A stretch of DNA of 64,000 bases from a virus (Duplodnaviria > Caudoviricetes), in the IMG/VR virus record IMGVR_UViG_3300025401_000012. One strand, given 5' to 3'. The translations under genes were made by a program, and so were the position numbers. The notes beneath the pieces are model-generated. The model searched no databases, was not told the origin of the DNA, and saw only the letters and a list, made by a program, of their open reading frames with translations. Below, in pieces: positions 52,456 through 62,396 of the stretch; position 1 is the first letter of the stretch; every line of letters starts with the position of its first letter.

Positions 52456-53641
52456 AAGAATCCTTTTCTAATAAATTATTCCATTCCGGAAAAACATTTT
52501 TAAACGATGTACGATTATTCTGATCTAACCAGTTATTATATTCTAATCCTTTTTGAAATAACTCAGGATCTCCTTTAAATTGACTAGACAAACTATTTAA
52601 TTGCCAAGAATTTAAATCTGTTGATCTATCTAATATAATATCTTTAAATTTATCAGGCAATACACTTACGGAGAGAAACGTGGGATCGTATACATAATTC
52701 ATATGAACATGCAATCCTCTGTCTTGCATAAATTTATTAAATTCGTTTACATAATAAACATTCATCCAACTAATTGTTTGACATACACTAGTTTCAATCC
52801 ATGAGTATGATTGCAACTTATCTAAGTTAGATATAATGGTACCCCAATTAGATCCTGCACGAATGTAATCATTTCGATCACCTAAGTCATCTATACTAGC
52901 AGTTATTTGGACCTTTTTAAAATTACTCCATAAGTCAATCAATTTGTCGGGCAAATTGGTCATGTTTATATTGTACCATAGGGTAATTTGTTTATTAAAA
53001 CCGCGCTTGATAAGTTCTTCTAAATACCGCCAATGTTTTTCTACCAGTGTGGGTTCACCACCGTTAACATAAATTAATTCAACATTCTTACTATGTTCAA
53101 ATAAGTCATCCCAAAATTCATCGCTTTCGGTCCATTCACTATTAATCTTTCTATCATAGTGTGTTACAAATTTTAACTCTTGTTGTAATTTCTGATAAGG
53201 CTGTATCCAATTTGTACTACTAGCAGGATTACAAGTTCGACATTTAAGATTACATAAATTACCAAGACGTAATTCTATAAATTTAAAATTAACAGGTATA
53301 GTGCCATCTTCTTGAGTAATAGCACGAGCCATGTCTTCTGTAAACCCTAGTTTAGTATTTTCTTCTATGCGTTTACTTCTAACACCATTGGCTTCTTCTT
53401 GAAAACAACGTTTACATGCCTTAGGTACAACATTGTTTAACATTTCTAATCTTGTTTCTTTATAATAGTCACTATTCATGATAGTATCTATTTTATTATT
53501 ATTAAGGTCTAGATATGTCAATGGATGATAGTTTTTTGCTCGGCTAGCAGCATTACGGTGATCGCTCACACAACAAAGTGTAGCACCACCATCAGGATGT
53601 GTTGCTAAATGTATCCACGGCAGTGAACAATATGTACTCAT
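52442..53641 (-). CDS. Radical SAM protein, subfamily A
   Basis: CSLPW...LCC...CKRC; CNLKCRTC; NGGEP. Confidence 0.9.
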   Translation of the reverse strand: MSTYCSLPWIHLATHPDGGATLCCVSDHRNAASRAKNYHPLTYLDLNNNKIDTIMNSDYYKETRLEMLNNVVPKACKRCFQEEANGVRSKRIEENTKLGFTEDMARAITQEDGTIPVNFKFIELRLGNLCNLKCRTCNPASSTNWIQPYQKLQQELKFVTHYDRKINSEWTESDEFWDDLFEHSKNVELIYVNGGEPTLVEKHWRYLEELIKRGFNKQITLWYNINMTNLPDKLIDLWSNFKKVQITASIDDLGDRNDYIRAGSNWGTIISNLDKLQSYSWIETSVCQTISWMNVYYVNEFNKFMQDRGLHVHMNYVYDPTFLSVSVLPDKFKDIILDRSTDLNSWQLNSLSSQFKGDPELFQKGLEYNNWLDQNNRTSFKNVFPEWNNLLEKDSYGFN

Positions 53642-55020
53642 AGACTATTCCACCATTTAATTAGGTTTTTATTTTGAGAATATATATCTTCTATGGTGTA
53701 TTTGTCGTTGCGTATAGTTTCAAGTCTTTCAAGCCAGTTCTTACCGTTCTTAGCAGCTTTTCTATATTCATTAGGATATGCTTCCTCATGAGTTTGTCTT
53801 GTTTTCATTGACTCTAGTGTATTGATTAAAGTCTGTTGTTTGTGTCCTGCTAAAGGTTTCATGTATACTAACAAGTCGTCTATCATATCATTTAGTATTG
53901 GGCGCGGCCATGCCATTGCTGTAAACATGATGTCAGCATGAAACGCAAACATTATTTTAGTTTCTATACGGACATCTAGTTCTTGACTTAGATCGAACAG
54001 CTCTTTGAGACTAAACATACCAGGACCAGTTATAGTTAAATCTATGATCATCTTGTCTTTGCCGCCAGGCAGAGCGAGACCTTGTTTAAAGTTATCTAAC
54101 CACTCATTCCATTTAAGACCTGTTCGGATATACTCTCCGATTTGCTCAGTTCCGTCTATACTAGCACACATCATCCAATCTTTAAACTTAGGCAAATATT
54201 CATACAAGTTCTTCTTACCAAACTGTACACGACTTAGATTACTGTTATAACGCATATAACATGTCTTAGCAGATCCGTTATTAACCATCTCCTCTAATGC
54301 CCACCAATGTATATCGTACATCAGAGGTTCCCCTCCAACCCAATACATTTCTTCTACAATACCTCGTTGTATAGCATCTTTAAATTCAGGTTCTACTACA
54401 GTACCTTGAAAGTCTTCCATGGCTGTTTTAATTTCAGGAATCATAAATGATTGATTTTTAGGACTCCACAGTCCATTTACTTTCTTTTCTGTTTCCCAAC
54501 TGCTGCTCAATTGTTCGCCACACATACGACATTTAAAATTACACAAGTTGCTAAATCTATAGTCAAAACTAATTGGCTCCATAGTAGTATAACCTGTATC
54601 GTCTGTGTTATCAAATGCTTGTTGTATCTTATCTTTGAACAAGTTTCCAGTAAACCATTGACGATATGTACTAATGCTTAGTAAGTCTTTGTTACATACA
54701 TCGCATTGTAGAATTTCTTCTCCACGCATTAGCTTAACGCGAATGTCTCGCATATAAGGACTATTCCAATGCTCTTTAAGACTAACTGGATTATAGTCAT
54801 CTAAGGCTGTTTTACTTTCAGTAACTTTGCCGTACTTGCTATCGTTACTACTATCAATGTATTGCTTTTGAAAACTATGTTCTTCACGGCTGGCGCAACA
54901 TAGCCTGCGTTCACTTTGTGGGCTAATATAAGTATGAGTCCACGGAGCCATGCAAAATGTTTTGTTAGGACTATTTGGATTTATACGTCCATGGTCCCAT
55001 ATAGGTATAATTTTAGACAT
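53638..55020 (-). CDS. Radical SAM protein, subfamily A
   Basis: CMAPW...LCC...CDVC; CNFKCRMC; VGGEP. Confidence 0.9.
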   Translation of the reverse strand: MSKIIPIWDHGRINPNSPNKTFCMAPWTHTYISPQSERRLCCASREEHSFQKQYIDSSNDSKYGKVTESKTALDDYNPVSLKEHWNSPYMRDIRVKLMRGEEILQCDVCNKDLLSISTYRQWFTGNLFKDKIQQAFDNTDDTGYTTMEPISFDYRFSNLCNFKCRMCGEQLSSSWETEKKVNGLWSPKNQSFMIPEIKTAMEDFQGTVVEPEFKDAIQRGIVEEMYWVGGEPLMYDIHWWALEEMVNNGSAKTCYMRYNSNLSRVQFGKKNLYEYLPKFKDWMMCASIDGTEQIGEYIRTGLKWNEWLDNFKQGLALPGGKDKMIIDLTITGPGMFSLKELFDLSQELDVRIETKIMFAFHADIMFTAMAWPRPILNDMIDDLLVYMKPLAGHKQQTLINTLESMKTRQTHEEAYPNEYRKAAKNGKNWLERLETIRNDKYTIEDIYSQNKNLIKWWNSL

Positions 55021-56533
55021 TTTGCCCTAGCGAATCATTTTTGATATCCCACCCATGTGCAACTTCATCGCTAACATAGCCAGCTTCTGTAGTAGCAGGA
55101 TCCCCTCCTAATACTAGTTCTCCTCCGATAAGTTCAATACTATCGATAAAGTCAACGAAATCTTGTGGAAATGTAGTTCTAAAGTTTTTACCTCTACGCT
55201 GATCGTATTGCTCATAGAAACTTCTAAAGTCATTGTATAACTTGGGTTGTTCTGCTGTATTACGGTGAGGAGTTTTAATAATATCTAGATAATCTATTAG
55301 ACGATTAATTTGATCTACTTCTCCCATGGTTAATATAGATTCGGACCATAGACCTCTATCAACCTTTTCACCTTCTGCTAGACGAGCATCTAACCAAGTT
55401 TGTAGTTTATTTTTATAAAATTGTTTCATATGATCTGGCAGTATAGCCGCACTTTGAAAACTAGGAAATCTCAGTATATTCAAACTCATAGTAGGACTAG
55501 TGGTTTGATGTTTACGTTTGAACGCTAGAACATCATCCATGAATTCGGTGATACTAGCAAGACAAAGGCTATTAATAGTCATCATCATGTGTGTAGATTT
55601 TACTCGACCCTCTGTATGCAGTCTGTCTAGATTATTCCACCATGTTGTATATTCCATACCATCTCGAATATATTCGCTTTGTACCCCGACACTTTCGTTA
55701 CTGGTATAAATTTCTAAATGTGGAATACTATGACTTAGTTCGATTAGTTTATCTAATATTTCTTGTTTAGGCACTAGATTACTATTAATGGCAAATCGCA
55801 TTTTCTTTCCACGAGCGGGGTTGTTCTTAAACCAGTCAAACAATTTCCATACACTTGGTGCCATTAAAGGTTCGCCACCTGTGATACGAATTTCTTCTAA
55901 ACTGTCTGCTAAGTCACTTTCCCACCATTTCCAAAATGCTTGTATATAAGGGTTGTCGTCTTCGTTCTTAGGACTTTCTGCCCATGGAGCAGTGTCCATA
56001 AAATGCCCGCGACCGTCACTAACAATATTAATGTATGGACCATTCTTTTTAATATCACGAACCCAGCTAGTACTAAATGCCGGATTACAATATGTACAGG
56101 CAAAATTACAAGTACGTTCAAAACTAATTTCTAATGTTTTAAGTGTAACATCGCTATCCCAAGGCATCTCGCTAGATGTTTTAATATCCTCATCGGAGTA
56201 GATATGTGTTTTAAATACACGATCGCTAACAGCATCTCGACCCATGTCTTCTACTTTCCAGCAGTACTCGCACTCGTTAGGTCGTTCGCCTTCTAACATT
56301 AGCTTACGCATTAGCTTTTTGTGTTGAGTATTGTGAATGGCACTTGGATTAGTTTCAATTTCTTTTATATCGATTTTATGTGCTGGCGGATGGTGGCAAC
56401 TAGTAGTTTGACCGTGCCCTAGCCAAATAGTAGCATTGTACCATTTGGCTCCGCAATATGTATCACTAATTGGATCAATAACTCTTAGTTTAAATTGTCT
56501 ATACGTTTCTTTTTTGCTGTAATTTCTAGCCAT
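55013..56533 (-). CDS. Radical SAM protein, subfamily B
   Basis: CGAKW...SCHHPP...CEYC; CNFACTYC; TGGEP. Confidence 0.9.
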   Translation of the reverse strand: MARNYSKKETYRQFKLRVIDPISDTYCGAKWYNATIWLGHGQTTSCHHPPAHKIDIKEIETNPSAIHNTQHKKLMRKLMLEGERPNECEYCWKVEDMGRDAVSDRVFKTHIYSDEDIKTSSEMPWDSDVTLKTLEISFERTCNFACTYCNPAFSTSWVRDIKKNGPYINIVSDGRGHFMDTAPWAESPKNEDDNPYIQAFWKWWESDLADSLEEIRITGGEPLMAPSVWKLFDWFKNNPARGKKMRFAINSNLVPKQEILDKLIELSHSIPHLEIYTSNESVGVQSEYIRDGMEYTTWWNNLDRLHTEGRVKSTHMMMTINSLCLASITEFMDDVLAFKRKHQTTSPTMSLNILRFPSFQSAAILPDHMKQFYKNKLQTWLDARLAEGEKVDRGLWSESILTMGEVDQINRLIDYLDIIKTPHRNTAEQPKLYNDFRSFYEQYDQRRGKNFRTTFPQDFVDFIDSIELIGGELVLGGDPATTEAGYVSDEVAHGWDIKNDSLGQNV

Positions 56534-58097
56534 TTAATTTCTCACATTCTAACCAATAAGGTTTCATTTCTGGGAAGGTTGTCAAAAAGTCTGTGTTTCT
56601 TCTTTGGTCGTATTGTTTGATAAACTGATAAAACTGTTTTCTATTAGTAATTAGTTGTTCATCACTAGTGCCTTCTTTCATCATGGCTAAGTTACGTTTA
56701 AGTTTTAAAATTTCGTGAGGTTTAAACCCTTCTAAAGTTTTTCCATAATCTGAAGCCTGCTCGTTCGCCTCCATAAATTCTACACATTCTTCTACCATTG
56801 CAATTAATTCTGGACTAGCATTTTTTACATCAAACCAATTAGGATAATTTAACAATGGAATATCAAAGAAAATTCTTTGAAATCGTTTTTGTTTGTACTT
56901 TTTATGTATAATACCATGTGCTTGTTCTTCGGCAGTAGATACTGGTGCAATTTCAAATTCTTGTTGATTACGCCCTCCGAATTCTTGTCTAAGTTCAAGT
57001 ATAAGTTGTAGATAACTATGCAAGCTAGGTATACTTAACAAATTAAATGTATTAATAAAACTAACAGTTGTATATCGTGTGGTGTTTAAAAATCTGCGTA
57101 TATTATCTAACATCAGTTTATAATTTAATCCTGTACGCATATATTCTGCTTGTGCGCCTGTACCGTCAAAACTAACGTATAACCAAAAATGTTTAAAACC
57201 TTTATCTACATACCAATGATTACCACTGTGTTCATTAAAGTTATCTTTATCTTCGTAAGTACGTATAACTTCAATAGCTTGGACTTTACTAATAAACCGA
57301 TCAAACAGTTTGGGATCTGGAGGACACATGTTGCTGGTGATGCTTAGTTCTAACTGTCCATGCGGATTTTCATTAACATAATCTAGTACTTTAAATGTAT
57401 TTTTATCCATTAGTGGTTCACCACCAGTCATACGAAATACACGCAAGTTTCGATATATGGTAGGCCACCATTTCCAAAAAGCTATTACATACGGATTGTC
57501 TTTATTAGCAGCCTCTATAGGCATATATCCTTTTTGTTTAAGACTAGTAATATCATTATGACCACCGTGATCGAATTTATAAGGACCAAATTTTTCTATT
57601 TCTTCTTCCCATGTTGTGCTGATATGGGGACTACAATACATGCATTTAAAATTGCAAGCACGATTAAAATTAACCTCTACATAGCGGGGAGTGATATTAA
57701 AATCAAAAGATTTACTCATTACTTCGTTATAATGAGGTTCAGCCCACCATTCACTAGACTTATAATGTCTGTCGCTTAGATTTTCTCCTTCTGCATCTTC
57801 TACACGCCAACAATAGCTGCAACCATCAGGCCTTTTTCCTTCGAGCATTTGTTTGCGTTCTTGTTTTTTAAAATTTGTATTGTGCAATGCGCTTGCATCA
57901 ATTACAAGTTCTTCCAAAGGAATAGGATGGGCTGGAGGATGATAACAACTTTGTGTAGTACCGTTTGTCAAATTAATACTAACCTGCAACCATTTAGCAA
58001 GACACATACTAGGGCTAACAGTATTCAATTTATCCCGCATGTCTTCCGCACGTTGGAAATACTCTGTGAATCCGTAATTCTTTCTTATTAATGTCAT
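56526..58097 (-). CDS. Radical SAM protein, subfamily B
   Basis: CLAKW...SCYHPP...CSYC; CNFKCMYC; TGGEP. Confidence 0.9.
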   Translation of the reverse strand: MTLIRKNYGFTEYFQRAEDMRDKLNTVSPSMCLAKWLQVSINLTNGTTQSCYHPPAHPIPLEELVIDASALHNTNFKKQERKQMLEGKRPDGCSYCWRVEDAEGENLSDRHYKSSEWWAEPHYNEVMSKSFDFNITPRYVEVNFNRACNFKCMYCSPHISTTWEEEIEKFGPYKFDHGGHNDITSLKQKGYMPIEAANKDNPYVIAFWKWWPTIYRNLRVFRMTGGEPLMDKNTFKVLDYVNENPHGQLELSITSNMCPPDPKLFDRFISKVQAIEVIRTYEDKDNFNEHSGNHWYVDKGFKHFWLYVSFDGTGAQAEYMRTGLNYKLMLDNIRRFLNTTRYTTVSFINTFNLLSIPSLHSYLQLILELRQEFGGRNQQEFEIAPVSTAEEQAHGIIHKKYKQKRFQRIFFDIPLLNYPNWFDVKNASPELIAMVEECVEFMEANEQASDYGKTLEGFKPHEILKLKRNLAMMKEGTSDEQLITNRKQFYQFIKQYDQRRNTDFLTTFPEMKPYWLECEKLNG

Positions 58098-58104
58098 TTA
58101 TTAA

Positions 58105-58677
58105 TTATAATCCTGTAATATAGAATTGAACAGCCAATGTAATTCTAAATTTATGATTTACGGGAGCAAATGCCTTATGTTTTATATTACTTGGAAATAG
58201 CACAATTCGATTTTGTTTAAATTCACATCTTTTAATTTCTTCATTTCGATTAGGTTCGTAAAATACCAAATCTCCATCGCTATCATTTACGAAATAAACA
58301 CATGTTAAACAATCATTATTATGATGATCAATATGCATATTAGCATCGTTTCCTTTTATAAGACAATTCCATCGCACTCCTTGTAATACCAACGGGTGTA
58401 TTGCTGGAATTTCTTTTGTAATTAAATCGGTAAATGCAAGATTAAAAGTTTTAGTAGTATGTAAATGATCTTCTAAAAAATGATTGTGTACATAGCTTCC
58501 GTATGTAAATGTAAATTCTTCTATATCATTTTCTGGAATGTATTTAAGTCCCCATGGGATAATTTTTGATTGCGATATGATATATTCTTCGACCCATCCA
58601 GGAAACGGATTGTCGATGATTATAATTTGATCGGCATCTGTTTTTATATTTTGTAAATTTGTTACCATTATGTCCAT
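58105..58677 (-). CDS. 2OG-Fe(II) oxygenase (prolyl-hydroxylase-like)
   Basis: MHID (HxD), TCVYFVN..DGDLVF, NRIVLFPSNIKH...RITL. Confidence 0.82.
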   Translation of the reverse strand: MDIMVTNLQNIKTDADQIIIIDNPFPGWVEEYIISQSKIIPWGLKYIPENDIEEFTFTYGSYVHNHFLEDHLHTTKTFNLAFTDLITKEIPAIHPLVLQGVRWNCLIKGNDANMHIDHHNNDCLTCVYFVNDSDGDLVFYEPNRNEEIKRCEFKQNRIVLFPSNIKHKAFAPVNHKFRITLAVQFYITGL

Positions 58678-59498
58678 AAACTTTGTCTAATTTTGATAAG
58701 TCGAATCATCATAGCTTCGTCTTCATCTTCGTAAGCCTTTTCAATCTTTTGAAGTAGCTTGTGAGCTTTATCGCTGGCTTTTTTAAGCACAGGATCTTTT
58801 TCGGCACCAAAACTTAGTCGACCGCCGTTGGCAATACGACTTGCTTCACATGCCGCAGTCCAGCCACTTGCTTCATAAGGGTCTGGACGATTACGATAGA
58901 CAGTAGTCCACCAAGTGTACAGCTCAATAATCTCTTTTGCGGCATTGGCTTGATAAGTTGGTTCAGCTTCAGATTTTTTATCATCATCCAAAAACTCTTC
59001 GTTAGTAAGAGTACTTGCCCATTTTAGATATTCTAATCCAGCTTCGGGACAGCGCCATGTGCGTAGGCGCAACCAGCCACTACGATACCAAGGAACATTG
59101 AACTTCTTACGCTCTTCATCGTTCCACATACAGTAATGCCACGCTTGCTCTACTTCAACGAAATCCACAAGCTCTTTAAAAAGACAAGGGAGAAACCGAT
59201 TACCAACGTCACACCAACTGCCAGGGCGGATATCACGAGGATCGGCAGTAAGAGCATGACTCTTACTAATCCAACGATTGTTGATGTAATATCTGACATC
59301 ATTTAAACGGTCCATAGGATAGTTTACAAAATTTTGTACTGCATCTAACGCTTCTTCGGCTAGCCAGTATCGAAAGTTGTGTTTCATTTGGGCAGTGGTA
59401 CGCCACTCATCCCATTCTTCACTAGTAGCCGCACTAAGTTTTTTAGTACCACGCAACCAATCTGCAAATTTTGAACATGACCAGTAATTGCTTCTCAT
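58668..59498 (-). CDS. Hypothetical Trp-rich protein
   Basis: 276-aa ORF, AGGA RBS, higher GC than its neighbours. Confidence 0.8.
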   Translation of the reverse strand: MRSNYWSCSKFADWLRGTKKLSAATSEEWDEWRTTAQMKHNFRYWLAEEALDAVQNFVNYPMDRLNDVRYYINNRWISKSHALTADPRDIRPGSWCDVGNRFLPCLFKELVDFVEVEQAWHYCMWNDEERKKFNVPWYRSGWLRLRTWRCPEAGLEYLKWASTLTNEEFLDDDKKSEAEPTYQANAAKEIIELYTWWTTVYRNRPDPYEASGWTAACEASRIANGGRLSFGAEKDPVLKKASDKAHKLLQKIEKAYEDEDEAMMIRLIKIRQSLWT

Positions 59499-59511
59499 AT
59501 TATAATCCTGT

Positions 59512-60264
59512 TTAACTTAAAAGTTTTTTTGTTGAAGCGAAAAAAGATTTTACGTTTTTCACGTAATTTTTCATAACTAAATATCCCCACGCATTTGCCA
59601 TATATCTATCGTGCTCGTTTGCTGGCTCGACAATTAAATCTACTAGAAGATTTCTAGGGATTGGAATAAGTTGGCATATAGGGGTACCTGCTTCAATAAG
59701 GATATCGTCATTAAGTTTATGCCAGAATAGTTGAATATTTAATTCGTAGTATTTTGAACAATCGATAATACCATGTGCAGCTGTAAAAATATTATGGTCA
59801 GCATACGGCAACGGCATTTGTAAAAATACAATATCATCTGAACTAGTTATTCTCCATTGTGTATTAACCTTAACTAAACTCTTAAGTGAGTCTTCCCTAA
59901 TAGGACAAAATTTTGCCAATTGATCGTAGGAATGTTGTCCTATATAATTTGCATTAGCTTCCGCACCTTGTGGCATATTCCAAGCAAAACCAACTGGATT
60001 ATCGGCTCGAGTTTTAATAACAAAATCCATAGGAGCAGTAATAATAAACCCAGTTTTAAATAAATCACTGATACCTGGACATCGGTTAGTTCCGGCCATT
60101 GGATCAGTTATTTTTTTATTCGCCATTCTTTCTTTAAAATCTAAAGATGCGGCTTTGAACCAATCAAATCGATAATCTTGTGCTCTAATAATGGGATGTG
60201 CGAATTCAACTCCAGGAATGAAGTTTACAAACCTAACCCAGGGCTTTTTTTTACGAAAAAACAT
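59512..60264 (-). CDS. Hypothetical protein with RCPG motif, possible degenerate dUTPase-like fold
   Basis: TNRCPGISD; HGIIDC and AGTPICQLIP resemble dUTPase motifs 3 and 4. Confidence 0.6.
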   Translation of the reverse strand: MFFRKKKPWVRFVNFIPGVEFAHPIIRAQDYRFDWFKAASLDFKERMANKKITDPMAGTNRCPGISDLFKTGFIITAPMDFVIKTRADNPVGFAWNMPQGAEANANYIGQHSYDQLAKFCPIREDSLKSLVKVNTQWRITSSDDIVFLQMPLPYADHNIFTAAHGIIDCSKYYELNIQLFWHKLNDDILIEAGTPICQLIPIPRNLLVDLIVEPANEHDRYMANAWGYLVMKNYVKNVKSFFASTKKLLS

Positions 60265-61593
60265 TTATAATTTTTCACCTTTTGTAAAACCACGGAAACC
60301 TTTGAATCGAGGAAACCTGAGGCTATATGTGCCGTCTTGATTTTGTGTTACAGCATCTGCACGAACTTCAACAATATTTCCGCCAAGACTACTACGGCTA
60401 TTCCAAAAACTATCACGATCACTATCGGTAAAGCCACTGCCAACGTTGACTCTGATTCTTTTTCCATCATCTTCTCCTTCGCATACTAGCGCACCAAGTT
60501 TACCTACATTTCTGCCTGTACCTTCTTCTACGGCTACCACTTCAAGACTAACTTCAATAAAGGGCTTTAATTTCAACCAAGCCGCACTACGCTTACATTC
60601 ATAAGGAGCATCTGGGTCCTTAATCATAATACCTTCGTAACCACCATTAATTGCCTTTTGATTAATTTCTCGGAAACGTTTTTGACCTTCTTCTGTGTCT
60701 AAATCAACTAGCTCATTAGCAACATAGGTTACATTAGGAATCAATTCTTGATAGGTGTTTACCCAATGCTCAACCATCTTGCTGCGCAAACTCTGTGGCT
60801 TATTATAAATTCCTTGTTCAAAATCTGCTAATGGCATAACATCAAACAAGTTTAATACAGCATCACCTGCTTGTACATTATCTTTACGATGCACTTGTTT
60901 CATCAAGTCTTGGAAACTACTTGACATAATTTCGCCATCGAGCACGACATTTACATTTTTGTCTGTGCCTTTAGACTTAACTACATTTGAAATCTGTTCT
61001 GCTATGTGAGGGAAGTTAACAAGTTCCTTACCGTTACGACTAAACATATCGACGCGGCCATCTGCACGAACAATAGTGATAACACGAACCCCATCAAGTT
61101 TAACCTCAATAAGTTTTTTGCCCGAGACTTTATTTTCATGATTAGCACTATCGTGGGCAAGCTGGCAACCAAACACAGGAATACTGTAATCAGCATATTT
61201 TTTCTCTACTACTTTGTTAATTGTTTTTTCGCTTACACCACAGCGTAAGTCTTTGATTAGTATTCTACGATACCAACTGTTCCACTCTTTCTTAGTGGCA
61301 CTCTTCATCATTGTTTGAATCATGTCGCGAGCTGTATTGCCTGTGACATTGCGAGTTGTAAAGCCAGTAAGAGCGAGAGTAAAACTATCCCAAGGTAACC
61401 CAGTCCCGTCTTCATCTTTTTTCTCCGGTATTTGTTTAAGTCCAAAAGTAATCATTGGATCAAGGGCTAGGCGGCAACCTTCAAAAAATTCGTCATTACC
61501 TAACTCTGCTTGAGCAAGAATGATTTGTTCTTTATTCAAACGACTAGGATGATCTTCCAAAGAAGAGATTATTGAGTAGCAAGGATCGCTCAT
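60265..61593 (-). CDS. ATP-dependent DNA ligase (T4 gp30-like)
   Basis: EVKLDGVR (KxDG), LDGEI, YEGIMIK, WLKLK, OB-fold SLRFPRF. Confidence 0.95.
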   Translation of the reverse strand: MSDPCYSIISSLEDHPSRLNKEQIILAQAELGNDEFFEGCRLALDPMITFGLKQIPEKKDEDGTGLPWDSFTLALTGFTTRNVTGNTARDMIQTMMKSATKKEWNSWYRRILIKDLRCGVSEKTINKVVEKKYADYSIPVFGCQLAHDSANHENKVSGKKLIEVKLDGVRVITIVRADGRVDMFSRNGKELVNFPHIAEQISNVVKSKGTDKNVNVVLDGEIMSSSFQDLMKQVHRKDNVQAGDAVLNLFDVMPLADFEQGIYNKPQSLRSKMVEHWVNTYQELIPNVTYVANELVDLDTEEGQKRFREINQKAINGGYEGIMIKDPDAPYECKRSAAWLKLKPFIEVSLEVVAVEEGTGRNVGKLGALVCEGEDDGKRIRVNVGSGFTDSDRDSFWNSRSSLGGNIVEVRADAVTQNQDGTYSLRFPRFKGFRGFTKGEKL

Positions 61594-61625
61594 TTTGACT
61601 CCAATGATTAGCTGTACAAGTGTAT

Positions 61626-61654
61626 ATTATACAGAGTAATTATCAGTATGTCAA
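61626..61654 (-). promoter_or_regulatory. Sigma70-type promoter TTGACA-N17-TATAAT at the head of the ligase-radical SAM operon
   Basis: -35 at 61649-61654, -10 at 61626-61631; perfect consensus. Confidence 0.85.
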
Positions 61655-62368
61655 GTAGTTTGTTGTCTTAAATGGTTTGCCTTCGTAGGCATTTTCCAAA
61701 TTACGCATAATTAAATTTTTCATTCTGCGGATAATTGGATGATTGTGATTCCAATCAAATGTTTTCAAATAATCAGACCATGTTGAATTTTTATGTCTAC
61801 GACATTGATTTGAGTCTAAATATTTTCCGATAGTATTTGGATCATATCCAAAACGATCCAAAAGTTCGCATGCTGTATTGAAGGCGTGAGCCCCCATTTC
61901 GTCTCTATCGCCATAATATTCTTGTTTTTTTCTGTCTTTGGTTAATAGTGCTGTGCTTTGATATCCAGGAATGTTTTTAAAATTACGAGCACGAAATTGG
62001 CGCATATGAATGATTTCATGGCATACCACATCTGCAAATCTAATAGCCATACGTTTAAAACGATATTCTGTAAGTTTTAACTTACTATCTGTGGGATTAA
62101 AGTTAAAATTAACTTCTATAGCTGGCATACCTTTGCGATCCAAATTGCTATAGTAAACGCCTCCCATAAACACAAACCCTTTAGTTGTGGGTGTATAAAC
62201 ACATTTTTTGAGTTTTATAGGTATATGGGCTTTAACATGTCGACTAATGCGTTTTTGTATTTGGCTAGGAGATAGCTCTTTTCCTACTATTTCACTGTTG
62301 AGCGAATAGAACATAGAGTACAGATTACTGCGGGTAAGTTCAGACCAATCAAACGGTAGTTGGGCCAT
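61643..62368 (-). CDS. Late protein with HExxH zincin-like motif
   Basis: CHEIIHMRQ followed by YYGDRDEMGAHA; AGGAG RBS; TATAAATA promoter. Confidence 0.7.
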   Translation of the reverse strand: MAQLPFDWSELTRSNLYSMFYSLNSEIVGKELSPSQIQKRISRHVKAHIPIKLKKCVYTPTTKGFVFMGGVYYSNLDRKGMPAIEVNFNFNPTDSKLKLTEYRFKRMAIRFADVVCHEIIHMRQFRARNFKNIPGYQSTALLTKDRKKQEYYGDRDEMGAHAFNTACELLDRFGYDPNTIGKYLDSNQCRRHKNSTWSDYLKTFDWNHNHPIIRRMKNLIMRNLENAYEGKPFKTTNYLTY

Positions 62369-62388
62369 AGTACACTCCTAGCTAATAC

Positions 62389-62396
62389 TATTTATA
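62389..62396 (-). promoter_or_regulatory. T4 consensus late promoter TATAAATA
   Basis: Exact match 20 nt upstream of ATG 62368. Confidence 0.7.

Noticed and set aside
44763-58097. Assigning any of the radical SAM genes as QueE to complete a 7-deazaguanine pathway with queD
   Set aside because: They are 375-523 aa with extra N-terminal Cys domains, unlike the compact QueE. FolE, QueC and DpdA are not seen in this window.
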